Below, in pieces: positions 35,597-46,973 of a stretch of 64,000 nt of DNA (position 1 is its first letter; each line of letters starts with the position of its first letter). This DNA is from a virus. The notes beneath the pieces are model-generated. The model had not been told where the DNA came from, searched no databases, and saw nothing but the letters and a program-made list of their open reading frames with translations. Made by a program: the position numbers and the translations under genes. Location of the stretch: IMG/VR virus record IMGVR_UViG_3300042301_002170; one strand, 5' to 3'.

Positions 35597-36756
35597 TGAC
35601 TACACCAGAAACAATTTCTGAAAAATTACAAAATATAAAAGATACACGTTTAGAAGAAATTTTAAAAGTATCAGGCTCAGCCGCAATTACTAAAAATGAA
35701 TATGGTGTTACCATTGTTAATGAAAATGATTCTGCATCTTCTTTAATTTTTAAATCTTTAACTAAAGATAAATACGATAATACAGAATTACAAAAAGCAA
35801 TTGATGTTGTAGTTAAAGAATTAAAACCAAATATTCCAAAACCAAATTTAGATTTAGTTCCAAGGCCACTATACGATGAAAAAGTAGTTGAAAATGAAGA
35901 TTTAAGAAAACAGGTAGAAGATTTAACTGCAACCGTTTCTGATTTAAATACTCAAATTACTACATTAAAATCTGAAGTTGAAACGCAGATAAATAACAGA
36001 TTAAATATAGAGCAAACCAATGATGCGTTAGTAAATCAATTAGAAATTTTATCAAAAACTATTTCAGAATTTGCAATGCAAATATCAAATGCGGTTCAGA
36101 AATCTATTGATGAATCTATTTTAAGAGCATCTTTACAGGCACAGAACAAAGGTTTCTTTGCACAGATTACTGCATTAATTAAACAAATTGATTCATTAAA
36201 CTCAATTATTGAAGGTTTACAGGCTCAATTAGGTGCATCTCAACAACAACAAGCAATTGTACAAGGAACAAGAGCAACTGCATTAGCATCTGGTGCAGAT
36301 ATGGTATTAGATGTAGCATTAATTAAGTTAGAACCATCTACTGCCAAATCAGAACCACCAATTAAAGCAAATATTAGTTCTGAATTAATTGGTAAATGGA
36401 TTAATGGTCAAACTATTAAATTTACAAATAATGATAAAGAACCAATAAAAGTTGAAATATCTGTAACATACCCACAAGGTGTTAGATTCTTTAACGTACC
36501 AGAAACATCATTTAGTGTTCCTGCTGGTGGTTCAAAGGATATAACACTTACTCTCGATACACGAGCTACAGAGGGAAAAAGTTCTCATTGGAGAAGAAAT
36601 GGTTGGGGCTTTTTAACAGAAAGAGATTCATCAGATTATACAGGTGGTTCTATGAACATAACAGTAACTAATTCACAAGGGAAAAGTGAAGTAAAGACTT
36701 ACGGAATAAAATTATCCAAAAAGACTAAAGAAGATTATGCAAATCATCAAACATAA
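35596..36756 (+). CDS. Putative structural protein with long coiled coil
   Basis: Heptad-rich centre, Ig-like C-terminus. Confidence 0.65.
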   Translation: MTTPETISEKLQNIKDTRLEEILKVSGSAAITKNEYGVTIVNENDSASSLIFKSLTKDKYDNTELQKAIDVVVKELKPNIPKPNLDLVPRPLYDEKVVENEDLRKQVEDLTATVSDLNTQITTLKSEVETQINNRLNIEQTNDALVNQLEILSKTISEFAMQISNAVQKSIDESILRASLQAQNKGFFAQITALIKQIDSLNSIIEGLQAQLGASQQQQAIVQGTRATALASGADMVLDVALIKLEPSTAKSEPPIKANISSELIGKWINGQTIKFTNNDKEPIKVEISVTYPQGVRFFNVPETSFSVPAGGSKDITLTLDTRATEGKSSHWRRNGWGFLTERDSSDYTGGSMNITVTNSQGKSEVKTYGIKLSKKTKEDYANHQT

Positions 36757-36762
36757 TAATTT

Positions 36763-38319
36763 ATGAGTATTACAAAATATACTAACTTTGAGCAAATTGA
36801 TTCTAGAAAAGAAAATAAAGGTGATTTTCTTTTAAAGGATGACTTACTCATTGTGTCCAAAACTGAGATAGAAGAAGCGGATTTTGGTGATTGTAAACAT
36901 GATGTAATGGAAGTATCTATATACGATGTTAATAATGTTTTATTACCAAATAAGGCAGGAAATAACGTTGCTTATATAAAACCAAACGATATAAAAAACT
37001 ATATGTACGATATAGTTAATGCGGGTGGTCAAAAAGAACTTGCTATAAATGTTGAAAAATTATTAAATGATTTAGGATATTCAAATGGTGTTCTAAAAGT
37101 TAATTTAAATTTTGTTCGTAATAAAATAGGAACTGATAATGATTTAACAAGAGTTTGGATTCAAGAAATATCACCTTCAAGAGAAGAAGTTCGTATAATT
37201 CCATTAAAAACAAAAGATAATAATATAAACAAAATTACAAATAATGAATTTAAAAATATTCATAATTTAAGTAAAGATTTTAAATATTATAAAAAAAATA
37301 TATTGGATGCATTAGATAAGTTTGAAGCAAGTTCATTAACTGTAATAGATGATGCATTGGTTGCTAAATTTGGAAATGATTTTAGAAGTGTACTAAGAAA
37401 AGATTTTGGATTGAGAGATTTAGATATTTTTCATAAAAGAATATTTGATAATTTTAGAGATAGCATAAAAAATTGGGCAAACAATAGATACTACGATGTA
37501 TCACAATCTACATTTGGTAAACCATCTGAAATAAGATTTGAAAGTTGTGGACAATATGATTTTAATATGTTGTTGGGTGAAATTCAAAGTATATTAAATA
37601 ACTGTATCCAATTTAATACAAAAGCATTACAAAGAAGACAAGTTGATATTAAGCAATTACCAAAAGAATTTGGAATAGTTGAATTAAGAAAACAAATACA
37701 AAATAATTTAGATTCATTTGGTACTAAAATTGATATTAAACGAAATATCTATATGCCAGATAAAGTGGATGTAACTGTTACAGGTACAAGTGAATTACCA
37801 CCAATTAAAACTGTAAGAGAAGTTGCAGTTGTGGAAACCCCATCCGAACCAACTCCACCACCTAAACCACCATCTCCACCATCTCCATCAGCACCATATG
37901 AAATTGCATATGAATATGTATTGAGTAACTACCATCCAACGGGTAATAGAACGTTTATTTTACGTCAATTAGGTACAAATGGTGTTATTTCGTATATATT
38001 ATCTCCAGGTCAAGAAAGAACTGTTTGTGCAATTGAAAATAGTGTAAGTGTTGCAGAAGGCGGATATGGTAATATAAGTAAACGTAGTGTTTGTGGCACT
38101 ACTCCATCAAATACAAGTCAAATAACACCCACTACACAAACTAAACCAAACTTACAAGATACTAGATTTAGTACTGCAGAGCAACAAGCAATTGGTTTAA
38201 CTGTAACAAATTCAGGTAATAGGAGTTATGCTCAATATGTACCTGTAGGATTAGATGGAACTACTAATAATAGTAGTTTGGCAAATGTAGAAAACGACCC
38301 AACTGGTAGAGATTATTAA
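36763..38319 (+). CDS. Putative structural protein with Pro-rich linker
   Basis: EISPSREEVR motif; PSEPTPPPKPPSPPSPSAP linker. Confidence 0.65.
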   Translation: MSITKYTNFEQIDSRKENKGDFLLKDDLLIVSKTEIEEADFGDCKHDVMEVSIYDVNNVLLPNKAGNNVAYIKPNDIKNYMYDIVNAGGQKELAINVEKLLNDLGYSNGVLKVNLNFVRNKIGTDNDLTRVWIQEISPSREEVRIIPLKTKDNNINKITNNEFKNIHNLSKDFKYYKKNILDALDKFEASSLTVIDDALVAKFGNDFRSVLRKDFGLRDLDIFHKRIFDNFRDSIKNWANNRYYDVSQSTFGKPSEIRFESCGQYDFNMLLGEIQSILNNCIQFNTKALQRRQVDIKQLPKEFGIVELRKQIQNNLDSFGTKIDIKRNIYMPDKVDVTVTGTSELPPIKTVREVAVVETPSEPTPPPKPPSPPSPSAPYEIAYEYVLSNYHPTGNRTFILRQLGTNGVISYILSPGQERTVCAIENSVSVAEGGYGNISKRSVCGTTPSNTSQITPTTQTKPNLQDTRFSTAEQQAIGLTVTNSGNRSYAQYVPVGLDGTTNNSSLANVENDPTGRDY

Positions 38320-38347
38320 TAATACGATATTTATAATAAAATATTAA

Positions 38348-41300
38348 ATGGCATTAACGGAAGAACAAAAAAAAGAAGCGGACAAGCTTGGTCTTACATA
38401 CGAATTGTATGAGAAGTTAAGCAATATAACAATTGACCCAAATGCTCTTTCTGGTTTAAATGAAACTCTTGCCCAAATTAATTCTCCTGCTGGCCAAGCC
38501 GAATTACGAACTGCAATTGCTGCAAATATAGGACCTATAAATCCACTTACAATGTTGGGTTCTGATACAATTGGACCAATATATCAACCATTAACGTTTA
38601 CAGATGTTAATGGTGACCCAATTACTATTAATGAAAGAAATCCTACAAACGTAGAACAAACATTAAAAGCATTACAAGATTTAGAAGTACCTAAAATTGC
38701 AGATGTTCCTGTTCCTCAACCACCTGCTACTAAAAAAAAAATAGATAGATTAGAAACAATAGTCCCAAACCCAAATAGTGAGTATGAAATTTCATTTGGT
38801 AGTAATTTTAAAAACGAACTAGGTGGTAATGTATCTTTAACATACGAAATTGTATCAAACGATTTTAAACACGATAGTGGTGTTTTGTTTTTAGATGGTA
38901 CTAGGAGTGCTATTAAAAAACAATTATCAAAAGATGTTTTACAGAACGGTGTTGTTTTATTTAAAATAGAAGGAAATTTACCAGACGGATTTACGTTTAG
39001 TGGTATATATGAAGGTAATTCATCTTTAGTAAAAAATGAAGGTAGAGATTTATCTGCACTAACTCAAGTTAATGGTACTGTATTTTCTGTACCTGCAAAT
39101 AAATTATTTAGTAGTTTTGTTGTTATTGCAAATTTCCAAAAAGAAATAAAATACGCAGAACCAAAAATTTCATTACCAAATGGAAGTCAATTTAATGTTT
39201 CTGTAAAAGATTCGGATTTAGAAAAATCAATTGCAATTCCATTTAATACAGAGCAAGCTGATAGAGTAATTGTATATTTAGGACCTAATAATACAATAGA
39301 AGTTCCTGCATCGGATAGACAGGCAATTATTTATTTCCAAAAAGATTTTCAAGAAGTATATGGTACTAAAAAAATAATATTAGTAGCAGTTGGTGATGCG
39401 TATGGTACTGGTGGTAGAGTGGAGGTGAATGTTACGTTTACTGCTATTAATGATTTTCCATCTATTACCGAAACTACTTTTGCCGAACTAATAGATGTTC
39501 CATCATTTTCAGATTATAATATATCATACGATGTAACTTGGAATACGTTTGCAGCAACAAGTGTAGATATACATTTAAAATTAAGAGATAATTCATTTGT
39601 TCCATTATTTGTAAATCAACCTACAAATGGAAGAACTAGCATACATCTTAAAACATTAAGAGAAAACTTTCCAAATTGGGCAGGTAGTGATAATGTAACT
39701 TTAAAATTAATACCATATAATAGGGGTGGTGCTGAATCACTTACTGGTAATGATTATGAAATTGTTACCAAACTTATATTACCTTTATTAGAAATTAATG
39801 AAGAGATTTTTGGTAAAGCAATGTTTGATGCTTTTATTCAAAAGTTACAAATAATTGAACCAGAAAAAGAAAGTAAAAATTTAACTCACCTTGCTAACTT
39901 TGGTAATGATGAGCAAGTATTAATTTCATCTTGGGAATCGGATGATTGGACTTTATCTAAAAAATCAGTAGATAATTTAGGTAATGAGTTTGTTAAAGAA
40001 ACCGATAAGGTTGAATCTATAATATTAAAATTATATTCACCAATACCCGCATCCGTAACGCCAAATTCAACATTTTGGGTTACTAAATTATTAACAAGTC
40101 CATTAGTAGAAACTGTAATACTTACAGAACAAGATAACTTATTATGTCCTCCAATAAAAGGACCTAATTTTTCTATTGAAGTTGATTACATAAAAGGTAG
40201 TGCTACTAATTATGAATCATTGGATGATTTAATATTAACAAATACATCATCTGCACAATTAGTTGGGTTATACCTAAGTTCATCTTTAGTTAGTACGGAT
40301 GATTTAAATATTGAATACACAACTGGTTCTACATATGCTTGGGATAATTTTGTACATTTTAGTTCGGCAAAAGAAAGAGTAGATAATTTTGTTTATAAAG
40401 TTCAATTAATTGAAAATTATGAATCATTAATTTCTGCATCTTATAATGACCCATATTCTTCTGGTCATACAAATACCCTTTCTGCAATTCAGGAAAGAGA
40501 AAAACAACAATTAAAGAAAAATCAATTAGTAAATGGATTTGATGGATTTGAAAAATTCTTATATACATCATCATCTTTAAGTTGGCCGTACAATGGTAGT
40601 ATTAGAAAATTAAGTACAACTAGTGAAGTAACTAATTGGTATGAAACCGTTATAACGTTAGCTGAAGATTTTGATATAGAAAATCAAAATTGGGTTCAAA
40701 ATAATATTCCACAATTTATTGTAAATAATACAGACAACGAAAGTATGTTGTTATTTTTATCAATGATTGGACAACATTTTGATAACATATATTTTTATAC
40801 AAAATCAATTGAAAAAAGTAGAGGTTTAGGTTATAAATCAAAAAATGGTATTTCAGATAAACTTTTATTTGAAACTCTTAAATCATTTGATTGGGATGCT
40901 AAAAACTTAGCTTCAGATTCTAAACTTTGGAATTATGTATTTGGAAAAAATATAGATGGTAATATTGTAAACTCTTCACCTGGTAAAGAAAGAACCAATG
41001 AAGTGTGGAGAAGAATTGTAAATAATATACCGTATTTATTAAAACACAAAGGTACACGAAGGGGTGTATATGCGTTATTGAGTTGTTATGGTATCCCATC
41101 ATCAAATCTTTCTATTTTAGAATTTGGAGGACCTGAAGTAACGGATACCAATAGGAGTAAATTGGTAATGGATAACATTACAACTGCTCTTAAAATGACA
41201 AATGGTTCTAAAATTGATTTTGAATGGAAAAACACAGAAAGAAATAGAAAACCGGATACGATTGAATTTTTTGTAAAACCATCAACAAGTGGAGAATATA

Positions 41301-43264
41301 CTTTAATTTCAGGTAGTGGTTGGGATGTAAAAATAAGTGGTTCTTATAATAATAACAACGGACGTGTATTATTTGATTATGGTTCAAATGTAATTAGTTC
41401 ATCTTTATTACCGATATTTAATGGTTCATTCTTTGGTATATCTGTAAGTAGAGAAGTAATTGGTAGTTTACATAATTTTGAATTAAATGTTAGACAAGCT
41501 GATAAAGAAAGAACTTTGTTTCAAAATAATACATCAACAAGTGTTGCAATTGGAGATTCTAATTGGAATAATGGTTCTTATATTACATTAGGTGGTAATT
41601 TTGTTGGTAGTATAGATGAATTCCGTTTATGGTCTACACCATTGGAAAAAGAAAGATTCTATGAGCACGTTTCATTTCCAGAAATGGTTAATGGAAACCA
41701 CATATCAGCATCTACTGATGATTTGTTTTTCCGTTTAGATTTTGAATATCCTAAAAATTTATATGGTACAGTTGGTTCATCTTCATTAATGAATGTTGAT
41801 AGTAACATTTATTTTAGTGGTAGTTTGACAAGAAATGATTATGAAAATGGAAGTAATGCTGTATTATATTCAGAAAATCCTTCCGCATCATATTCGGCTA
41901 GTGCGTATGGATTTACTTCAATAGCATCATATCCATATAATTTTGAAGCAATAGATAGAACGGTTGTATTAGATATACCGGATGTTGGTTCATCTAGATA
42001 TTCAACTAATAAGATTCGTTTTGAAGAACAAACACTAGTAACTGATTTATCGGTTAATAGTAGAGCAACTAAAAAATCATTAGACCAAGCACCTACGGAT
42101 TCTAATAGAGTTGGTTTATTCTTTTCTCCTACAAAAGAGTTGAATATTGATATTGCTAAATCGTTTGGTGGTATTAATTTAGATAATTATATTGGTGACC
42201 CATCGGATAGATATAAAACAAATTATAGAGGTTTAGATGATTTAAGAAAGTATTATTTTAAAAGATTTAATAATATAGACATATATGCTTATATTAACTT
42301 AATTAAGTTGTATGAGAAATCTATGTTTGAAGATATTAAAAATATGTTGCCCGCTAGAGTTAAAGCAACAACAGGTCTTTTAATTGAACCACACTTTTTA
42401 GAAAGAAGTAAAATTGCTCAAAAGAAACCAATTGGTGAAAATACTCAATATGAATCGGTAATACATTATGATGATTCAACTATATTAAGTTCAGAAAACT
42501 TTCAGCAAGAAGTAACATTAGATGCAAATTCTCAATATTTATTAGTTGGTGAAAATAATCAAAAAGAAACTTTAATTGATGCAAATTTAAGTGAAAATTT
42601 AATTGCCGAAAATTATCAATATGATACTAAAATTGTAGCTACGGAAACTACATTAGTAGAAGCCGAATCTTATCAAAGAGAAATTACAATAGATGCAGGA
42701 TTGGCAGACCCAACAATACTTACTGAAATTGATTTAATTAATAGTAGTGTTACGATTGGTCAAACTGATTATGAAAATATTGGATTTGGATTGTACGCAC
42801 AAAATGGTCATTCAATCAGAACGTATTTTGATAAAAACGGAAGAAGAGTAAAAGAAAGAGTTAAAGTTGATTTAATTAAAGAACAAAAAACAAGAAAAAC
42901 TTTAAAATATAAAACAACAATAAATGGTGTTGGTGATATAAGAGATGGGTTTGTATTAACTTCATCTGTTTATTTTGAAACCAATTTAAACATACAACCA
43001 TTTTCTGGTTCTAAAACAATTAACGCAGGAACAGGTAGTATAGTTGAGGTAACTCCTTTAAATGGATATTTACCAACTCACTATAGAAACACAACGGATT
43101 TGACAAGAGGATTGCAAAATTCTTTTTATAATGGTTCAAAAAATACGGCAGCAACTACATTAGATGGTTCTTCTCCTATTGAAACATTTGTATCTAATCC
43201 TAATACATTAAAGGTTAATAAAGCAGGTAGAAGTGCAAACGAACCAATTTTGGAAGTAGAGTAA
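38348..43264 (+). CDS. Large baseplate-wedge-type structural protein (gp7/P2-gpI-like KGT motif, LamG-like domain)
   Basis: YLLKHKGTRRGV..LLSCYG; LamG-like TIEF..F.GSIDEFRLWS; 1638 aa. Confidence 0.6.
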   Translation: MALTEEQKKEADKLGLTYELYEKLSNITIDPNALSGLNETLAQINSPAGQAELRTAIAANIGPINPLTMLGSDTIGPIYQPLTFTDVNGDPITINERNPTNVEQTLKALQDLEVPKIADVPVPQPPATKKKIDRLETIVPNPNSEYEISFGSNFKNELGGNVSLTYEIVSNDFKHDSGVLFLDGTRSAIKKQLSKDVLQNGVVLFKIEGNLPDGFTFSGIYEGNSSLVKNEGRDLSALTQVNGTVFSVPANKLFSSFVVIANFQKEIKYAEPKISLPNGSQFNVSVKDSDLEKSIAIPFNTEQADRVIVYLGPNNTIEVPASDRQAIIYFQKDFQEVYGTKKIILVAVGDAYGTGGRVEVNVTFTAINDFPSITETTFAELIDVPSFSDYNISYDVTWNTFAATSVDIHLKLRDNSFVPLFVNQPTNGRTSIHLKTLRENFPNWAGSDNVTLKLIPYNRGGAESLTGNDYEIVTKLILPLLEINEEIFGKAMFDAFIQKLQIIEPEKESKNLTHLANFGNDEQVLISSWESDDWTLSKKSVDNLGNEFVKETDKVESIILKLYSPIPASVTPNSTFWVTKLLTSPLVETVILTEQDNLLCPPIKGPNFSIEVDYIKGSATNYESLDDLILTNTSSAQLVGLYLSSSLVSTDDLNIEYTTGSTYAWDNFVHFSSAKERVDNFVYKVQLIENYESLISASYNDPYSSGHTNTLSAIQEREKQQLKKNQLVNGFDGFEKFLYTSSSLSWPYNGSIRKLSTTSEVTNWYETVITLAEDFDIENQNWVQNNIPQFIVNNTDNESMLLFLSMIGQHFDNIYFYTKSIEKSRGLGYKSKNGISDKLLFETLKSFDWDAKNLASDSKLWNYVFGKNIDGNIVNSSPGKERTNEVWRRIVNNIPYLLKHKGTRRGVYALLSCYGIPSSNLSILEFGGPEVTDTNRSKLVMDNITTALKMTNGSKIDFEWKNTERNRKPDTIEFFVKPSTSGEYTLISGSGWDVKISGSYNNNNGRVLFDYGSNVISSSLLPIFNGSFFGISVSREVIGSLHNFELNVRQADKERTLFQNNTSTSVAIGDSNWNNGSYITLGGNFVGSIDEFRLWSTPLEKERFYEHVSFPEMVNGNHISASTDDLFFRLDFEYPKNLYGTVGSSSLMNVDSNIYFSGSLTRNDYENGSNAVLYSENPSASYSASAYGFTSIASYPYNFEAIDRTVVLDIPDVGSSRYSTNKIRFEEQTLVTDLSVNSRATKKSLDQAPTDSNRVGLFFSPTKELNIDIAKSFGGINLDNYIGDPSDRYKTNYRGLDDLRKYYFKRFNNIDIYAYINLIKLYEKSMFEDIKNMLPARVKATTGLLIEPHFLERSKIAQKKPIGENTQYESVIHYDDSTILSSENFQQEVTLDANSQYLLVGENNQKETLIDANLSENLIAENYQYDTKIVATETTLVEAESYQREITIDAGLADPTILTEIDLINSSVTIGQTDYENIGFGLYAQNGHSIRTYFDKNGRRVKERVKVDLIKEQKTRKTLKYKTTINGVGDIRDGFVLTSSVYFETNLNIQPFSGSKTINAGTGSIVEVTPLNGYLPTHYRNTTDLTRGLQNSFYNGSKNTAATTLDGSSPIETFVSNPNTLKVNKAGRSANEPILEVE
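42437..42721 (+). repeat. Five 19-residue (57-nt) degenerate protein repeats
   Basis: Units start at 42437, 42494, 42551, 42608, 42665: ENTQYES, ENFQQEV, ENNQKET, ENYQYDT, ESYQREI. Confidence 0.7.
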
Positions 43265-43312
43265 TAATTTTTAAAAAAACTATATTTATATTAAAGATAA
43301 TACATTAACACT

Positions 43313-43936
43313 ATGGGATATTTAAGTAATACCGAATTAACAGTAGATGCAATCCTTACAAAAAAAGGTAGAGAAAAACTGGCAGCGGGACAGGGTTTAA
43401 ACATCACTCAATTTGCGTTAGCAGATGATGAGATTGATTATTCATTATACGAACCGGCACATCCACTTGGTTCGGCTTACTACGATGCGGCAATTAAAAA
43501 TATGCCTGTATTAGAAGCTAATCCTGATGAAACACAGGTAATGAAGTATAAATTGGTAACTTTACCAAAGAATACTACAAGAATACCAATTGTTGAATTT
43601 GGAGTTCCTAATATTGCAGTTAATCAAAAAAGTGGTGAAGTTGCATTATCACCAACAACATCTCCAGCAGGAAATAGAAGTTTAGGATACACTATTGTGT
43701 TATCAAACAAAAACGCAGGAGATATTATTGGTTCAGGAGTATCATCTGAAGTAGGTTCAGTACCTATCTTTATTGGAGATGATGTATCTGCAACGGCAGC
43801 AGTATCTAAAGGATTAACATTTAAATTTATACCGAATCCATCTTTAACATCTACCATTAGAACTACAATTACAGTTTATGGTAATGAAACAGGGGGTTCT
43901 CAAACTATTCCAATAACCGTAACTTACGTTCAATAA
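43313..43936 (+). CDS. Structural protein carrying N-half of a gpH/DUF3751-like fibre-attachment domain
   Basis: ILTKKGREKLAAGQGLNITQFALAD resembles the P2 gpH N-terminus. Confidence 0.5.
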   Translation: MGYLSNTELTVDAILTKKGREKLAAGQGLNITQFALADDEIDYSLYEPAHPLGSAYYDAAIKNMPVLEANPDETQVMKYKLVTLPKNTTRIPIVEFGVPNIAVNQKSGEVALSPTTSPAGNRSLGYTIVLSNKNAGDIIGSGVSSEVGSVPIFIGDDVSATAAVSKGLTFKFIPNPSLTSTIRTTITVYGNETGGSQTIPITVTYVQ

Positions 43937-43945
43937 TAAATAACA

Positions 43946-45205
43946 ATGGCAGTAATAAGAGATAATAGGGGGGCACTTTTAGCAAGTAATATTTCACAAT
44001 ATTTGGCAGGTGCAGCCAATACGGCAGGAACTCCGGTAGATACTAGCGAATTAGTTAGAATCGTGAATCAATTTTTAGGAACTGGTGAGCAAATTAGTTC
44101 TGATATAACTACCATTACAAATGGTATTTATAAAAAGTTTGGAGCAATTGATAAAGTAACTAACAGAACTGAAATTGTAACTTCTGGAATATGGAGTGGT
44201 GATACTGGTTCATTATCAGTAAATGCAACATATACTTCTTCTTTACAAATCGCATCTACAAGTGGTAAATATTATATAGATGTTTATAATGGTGTAACAT
44301 CATCAACTTCATCTGAAGTTCAATTCTCAATTGCGTATGGTGATGTTGCCGGAAACGGAGCACCTACATTAACACAAGATGATTCATCTACTTTACCAAC
44401 TAAAGCAACTTACAATCAATATCGTAATATTTTATTAGATTCTGCTGACCCTTACTTTAGTGTATATAGCGGTTCAACTGCGGGAGCTCATAATTTAGAA
44501 AACTTCTACGCGATTAACATCAACAGAGCAAGATATAAAGAAAGATTAGACCCAGGTAATATTTCAATTAAATTAGCAGGTACAATTGGAGACGTTAATT
44601 TAATTGATGATTCAGGTGGAACTGATGAAAATGTAACTACATCTGGAAGAGTTTATAATTTAGTTAGTGGTTCATTAAACATTGGTTCGGCATTAAGTGC
44701 ATCAATTCAATCATATACATCTTCAAACGGACAAGGTTGGGGATTATTCTATCCAGATATGGGTATTATATTGTTGAATCCTGCAGCATTAGCAGCTAAA
44801 GTTAATGAAAACTTATCAGCAGCAACCGGTTCAATTGCAGGTGTATATCACAATAACTCAACATCGGCATCGGTAACAGTTGGTACATCTGGTTCAATTG
44901 CATTATTAAAAGCATTAGCAAGTGGTAATGATTTCCAAGTTCGTAGAACTGAAAACGTTTCAACATCTCACTACTTTGTAAGAGCAAACAACAGAGAGTT
45001 TAACTTCTCAAACAACCCAACATTCGTAACTGGCTCTGTTGGTCAATTTGTTCAACCATTATTTGAAAGAGACCCTAGGGTTTATATAACAACTGTAGGC
45101 TTATACGATGATGCTAACGAATTATTAGCAGTAGCAAAAACTTCTAAACCTGTTGAGAAATCATTTGATAAAGAAGTAGCAATCAAAGTTAAATTAGATT
45201 TTTAA
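43946..45205 (+). CDS. Structural protein with C-terminal GLYD..LLAVA (DUF3751 C-half-like) motif
   Basis: YITTVGLYDDANELLAVAK. Confidence 0.55.
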   Translation: MAVIRDNRGALLASNISQYLAGAANTAGTPVDTSELVRIVNQFLGTGEQISSDITTITNGIYKKFGAIDKVTNRTEIVTSGIWSGDTGSLSVNATYTSSLQIASTSGKYYIDVYNGVTSSTSSEVQFSIAYGDVAGNGAPTLTQDDSSTLPTKATYNQYRNILLDSADPYFSVYSGSTAGAHNLENFYAININRARYKERLDPGNISIKLAGTIGDVNLIDDSGGTDENVTTSGRVYNLVSGSLNIGSALSASIQSYTSSNGQGWGLFYPDMGIILLNPAALAAKVNENLSAATGSIAGVYHNNSTSASVTVGTSGSIALLKALASGNDFQVRRTENVSTSHYFVRANNREFNFSNNPTFVTGSVGQFVQPLFERDPRVYITTVGLYDDANELLAVAKTSKPVEKSFDKEVAIKVKLDF

Positions 45206-45229
45206 TTTAGAGTAATTTATAAACTACTG

Positions 45230-45250
45230 ACCCACCTTTTGGTGGGTTTT
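45230..45250 (+). terminator. Rho-independent terminator
   Basis: acccacc-tttt-ggtgggt stem-loop plus T-run. Confidence 0.8.
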
Positions 45251-45276
45251 TAGTTTATGAGATATTTATTACTGAT

Positions 45277-46482
45277 ATGTTAAAAAGAATACCAAAATCG
45301 GATATTAGTGTAAGACCATTCAAAGCTTACAAAGACTGGGCATTTGATAATGACTCTACAGAAATTACTGTATTACAAGCAGTTAATGGAGATTATACAT
45401 CAACTGATTCAAATGTATTAACTTCCGGTAGTTTAAGTGGTTCATCATATAATAAACATTCTGTTTATGGACAATTAAGAGCTCAATTTTATAATGGACA
45501 TGAAGATAATCCGTTTGTTAGAATTGGAAATAAAAGTAAAAATTATACAGATTCTTTAAATGCAAAAGAAAGGTTTTTAAGTGGTTCTGCAAAAGTTATA
45601 TCGATACCAAATATATACGTTGGTGAAGGTATTAAAAAAGGTTCGGTAACTTTATATGAAAATAATACTGCATTTACTGATGATAGTAACGGTAATTTAT
45701 TTGATATAAGAGATGAAATAATAATTTCTTTAATAAATAACGGAAACGAATCTGCTACAGGTGTTATGTTATTTGAAGATATAATTGGAAATACTTATTC
45801 TGCAACAATAAATAGTTATTTTTTTGATGTAGAATCAAAACAAATATATTTAACTATAGGTTCTACACAATATAGTGCTTTAGTTGATACATTTGATTTA
45901 GAAACTGGTAGAATGATTGCAAATAATTTTACATTTTTACCTGAAGATGCAAGTGGTATTAGAATTGGTAATGTTTTTTATAATCATGGGTTAGTTGCAA
46001 TAACAAGAAATTCTGATATACGATTAATTAATACGTGGGATTTAACATTTAAATCAACTGAAACTATTTACGAACATGAATATCTTTTAATTGTAAATGA
46101 ATCTGATTATAATGTATCTACCAATCCAACGGCAGTAGAATCAGTAGGTGGTTCATTTTCAACATTTATTGATGATTATGGTAAAGCTAAAAGAGTATAT
46201 ACAGAACAACCTGTAAAATATATTAAAAAATTAACTACATTAGAAAACGGAAATATTTTAGACAAAAGATTTAGTGGTTCGGTTGGAAATAAATTAGCAG
46301 GATTTGAACACTATGATTTAAGTGGTTCTGTAGATTCAACTGGCTCATTCCTTGCACCATTTATAACAACAATTGGTTTATATGATGATGATTGTGATTT
46401 GGTTGCAGTAGCTAAATTACCTAAACCAATAAAATCAGACCCGGAACTTCCGGTAAACTTTATTGTCCGTTTTGATACTTAA
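45277..46482 (+). CDS. Structural protein, paralogous C-terminus to 43946..45205
   Basis: FITTIGLYDDDCDLVAVAKLPKP. Confidence 0.55.
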   Translation: MLKRIPKSDISVRPFKAYKDWAFDNDSTEITVLQAVNGDYTSTDSNVLTSGSLSGSSYNKHSVYGQLRAQFYNGHEDNPFVRIGNKSKNYTDSLNAKERFLSGSAKVISIPNIYVGEGIKKGSVTLYENNTAFTDDSNGNLFDIRDEIIISLINNGNESATGVMLFEDIIGNTYSATINSYFFDVESKQIYLTIGSTQYSALVDTFDLETGRMIANNFTFLPEDASGIRIGNVFYNHGLVAITRNSDIRLINTWDLTFKSTETIYEHEYLLIVNESDYNVSTNPTAVESVGGSFSTFIDDYGKAKRVYTEQPVKYIKKLTTLENGNILDKRFSGSVGNKLAGFEHYDLSGSVDSTGSFLAPFITTIGLYDDDCDLVAVAKLPKPIKSDPELPVNFIVRFDT

Positions 46483-46507
46483 TTGATATTTATTATAAAA
46501 TAAAACT

Positions 46508-46753
46508 ATGGAACTAGAATTAAAAGCATTTGATTACTTTTTAGGTAGTGAAAGTAATACTCAATTAATTAACGATAAATTATTTGGTATTCTTGTATTG
46601 GAAAATGAAGAATTAACAACTCAATTTATATTAGAAGAAGATTTTAATAAATATTCTCATATATTTTTAACGGATGAATATCCAAATATAGAAGATATAA
46701 GAGTTAAAATACCAGATAATTCAACTGGATTCCCAATAGTAACATTAAAATAA
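46508..46753 (+). CDS. Acidic hypothetical protein
   Basis: Tiling ORF, ATATTTAT upstream. Confidence 0.65.
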   Translation: MELELKAFDYFLGSESNTQLINDKLFGILVLENEELTTQFILEEDFNKYSHIFLTDEYPNIEDIRVKIPDNSTGFPIVTLK

Positions 46754-46764
46754 ATAATACAAAA

Positions 46765-46971
46765 ATGCCAACAATAGAAGAATTATACAAAGCACAGCAA
46801 TCAGCATTAGGTGTTGATAAAATTGGATTTGCAGCAGGAGAATCTGCTAAAACACCATATACTACAGATGATTTAAAAAAAGCAGATGAGCAAATATTAA
46901 CTGCTGATAAGTTCAAAACAGGTAGAGGTGGTTCAATTAGTGAAAAAAAGTATTCTGATACTTTCAAATAA
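46765..46971 (+). CDS. Hypothetical protein (68 aa)
   Basis: Tiling ORF. Confidence 0.7.
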   Translation: MPTIEELYKAQQSALGVDKIGFAAGESAKTPYTTDDLKKADEQILTADKFKTGRGGSISEKKYSDTFK

Positions 46972-46973
46972 TA

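Noticed and set aside
46441-46453. CCGGAACTTCCGG palindrome
   Set aside because: Lies in coding sequence (PELP), is single-copy and has no U-tract.
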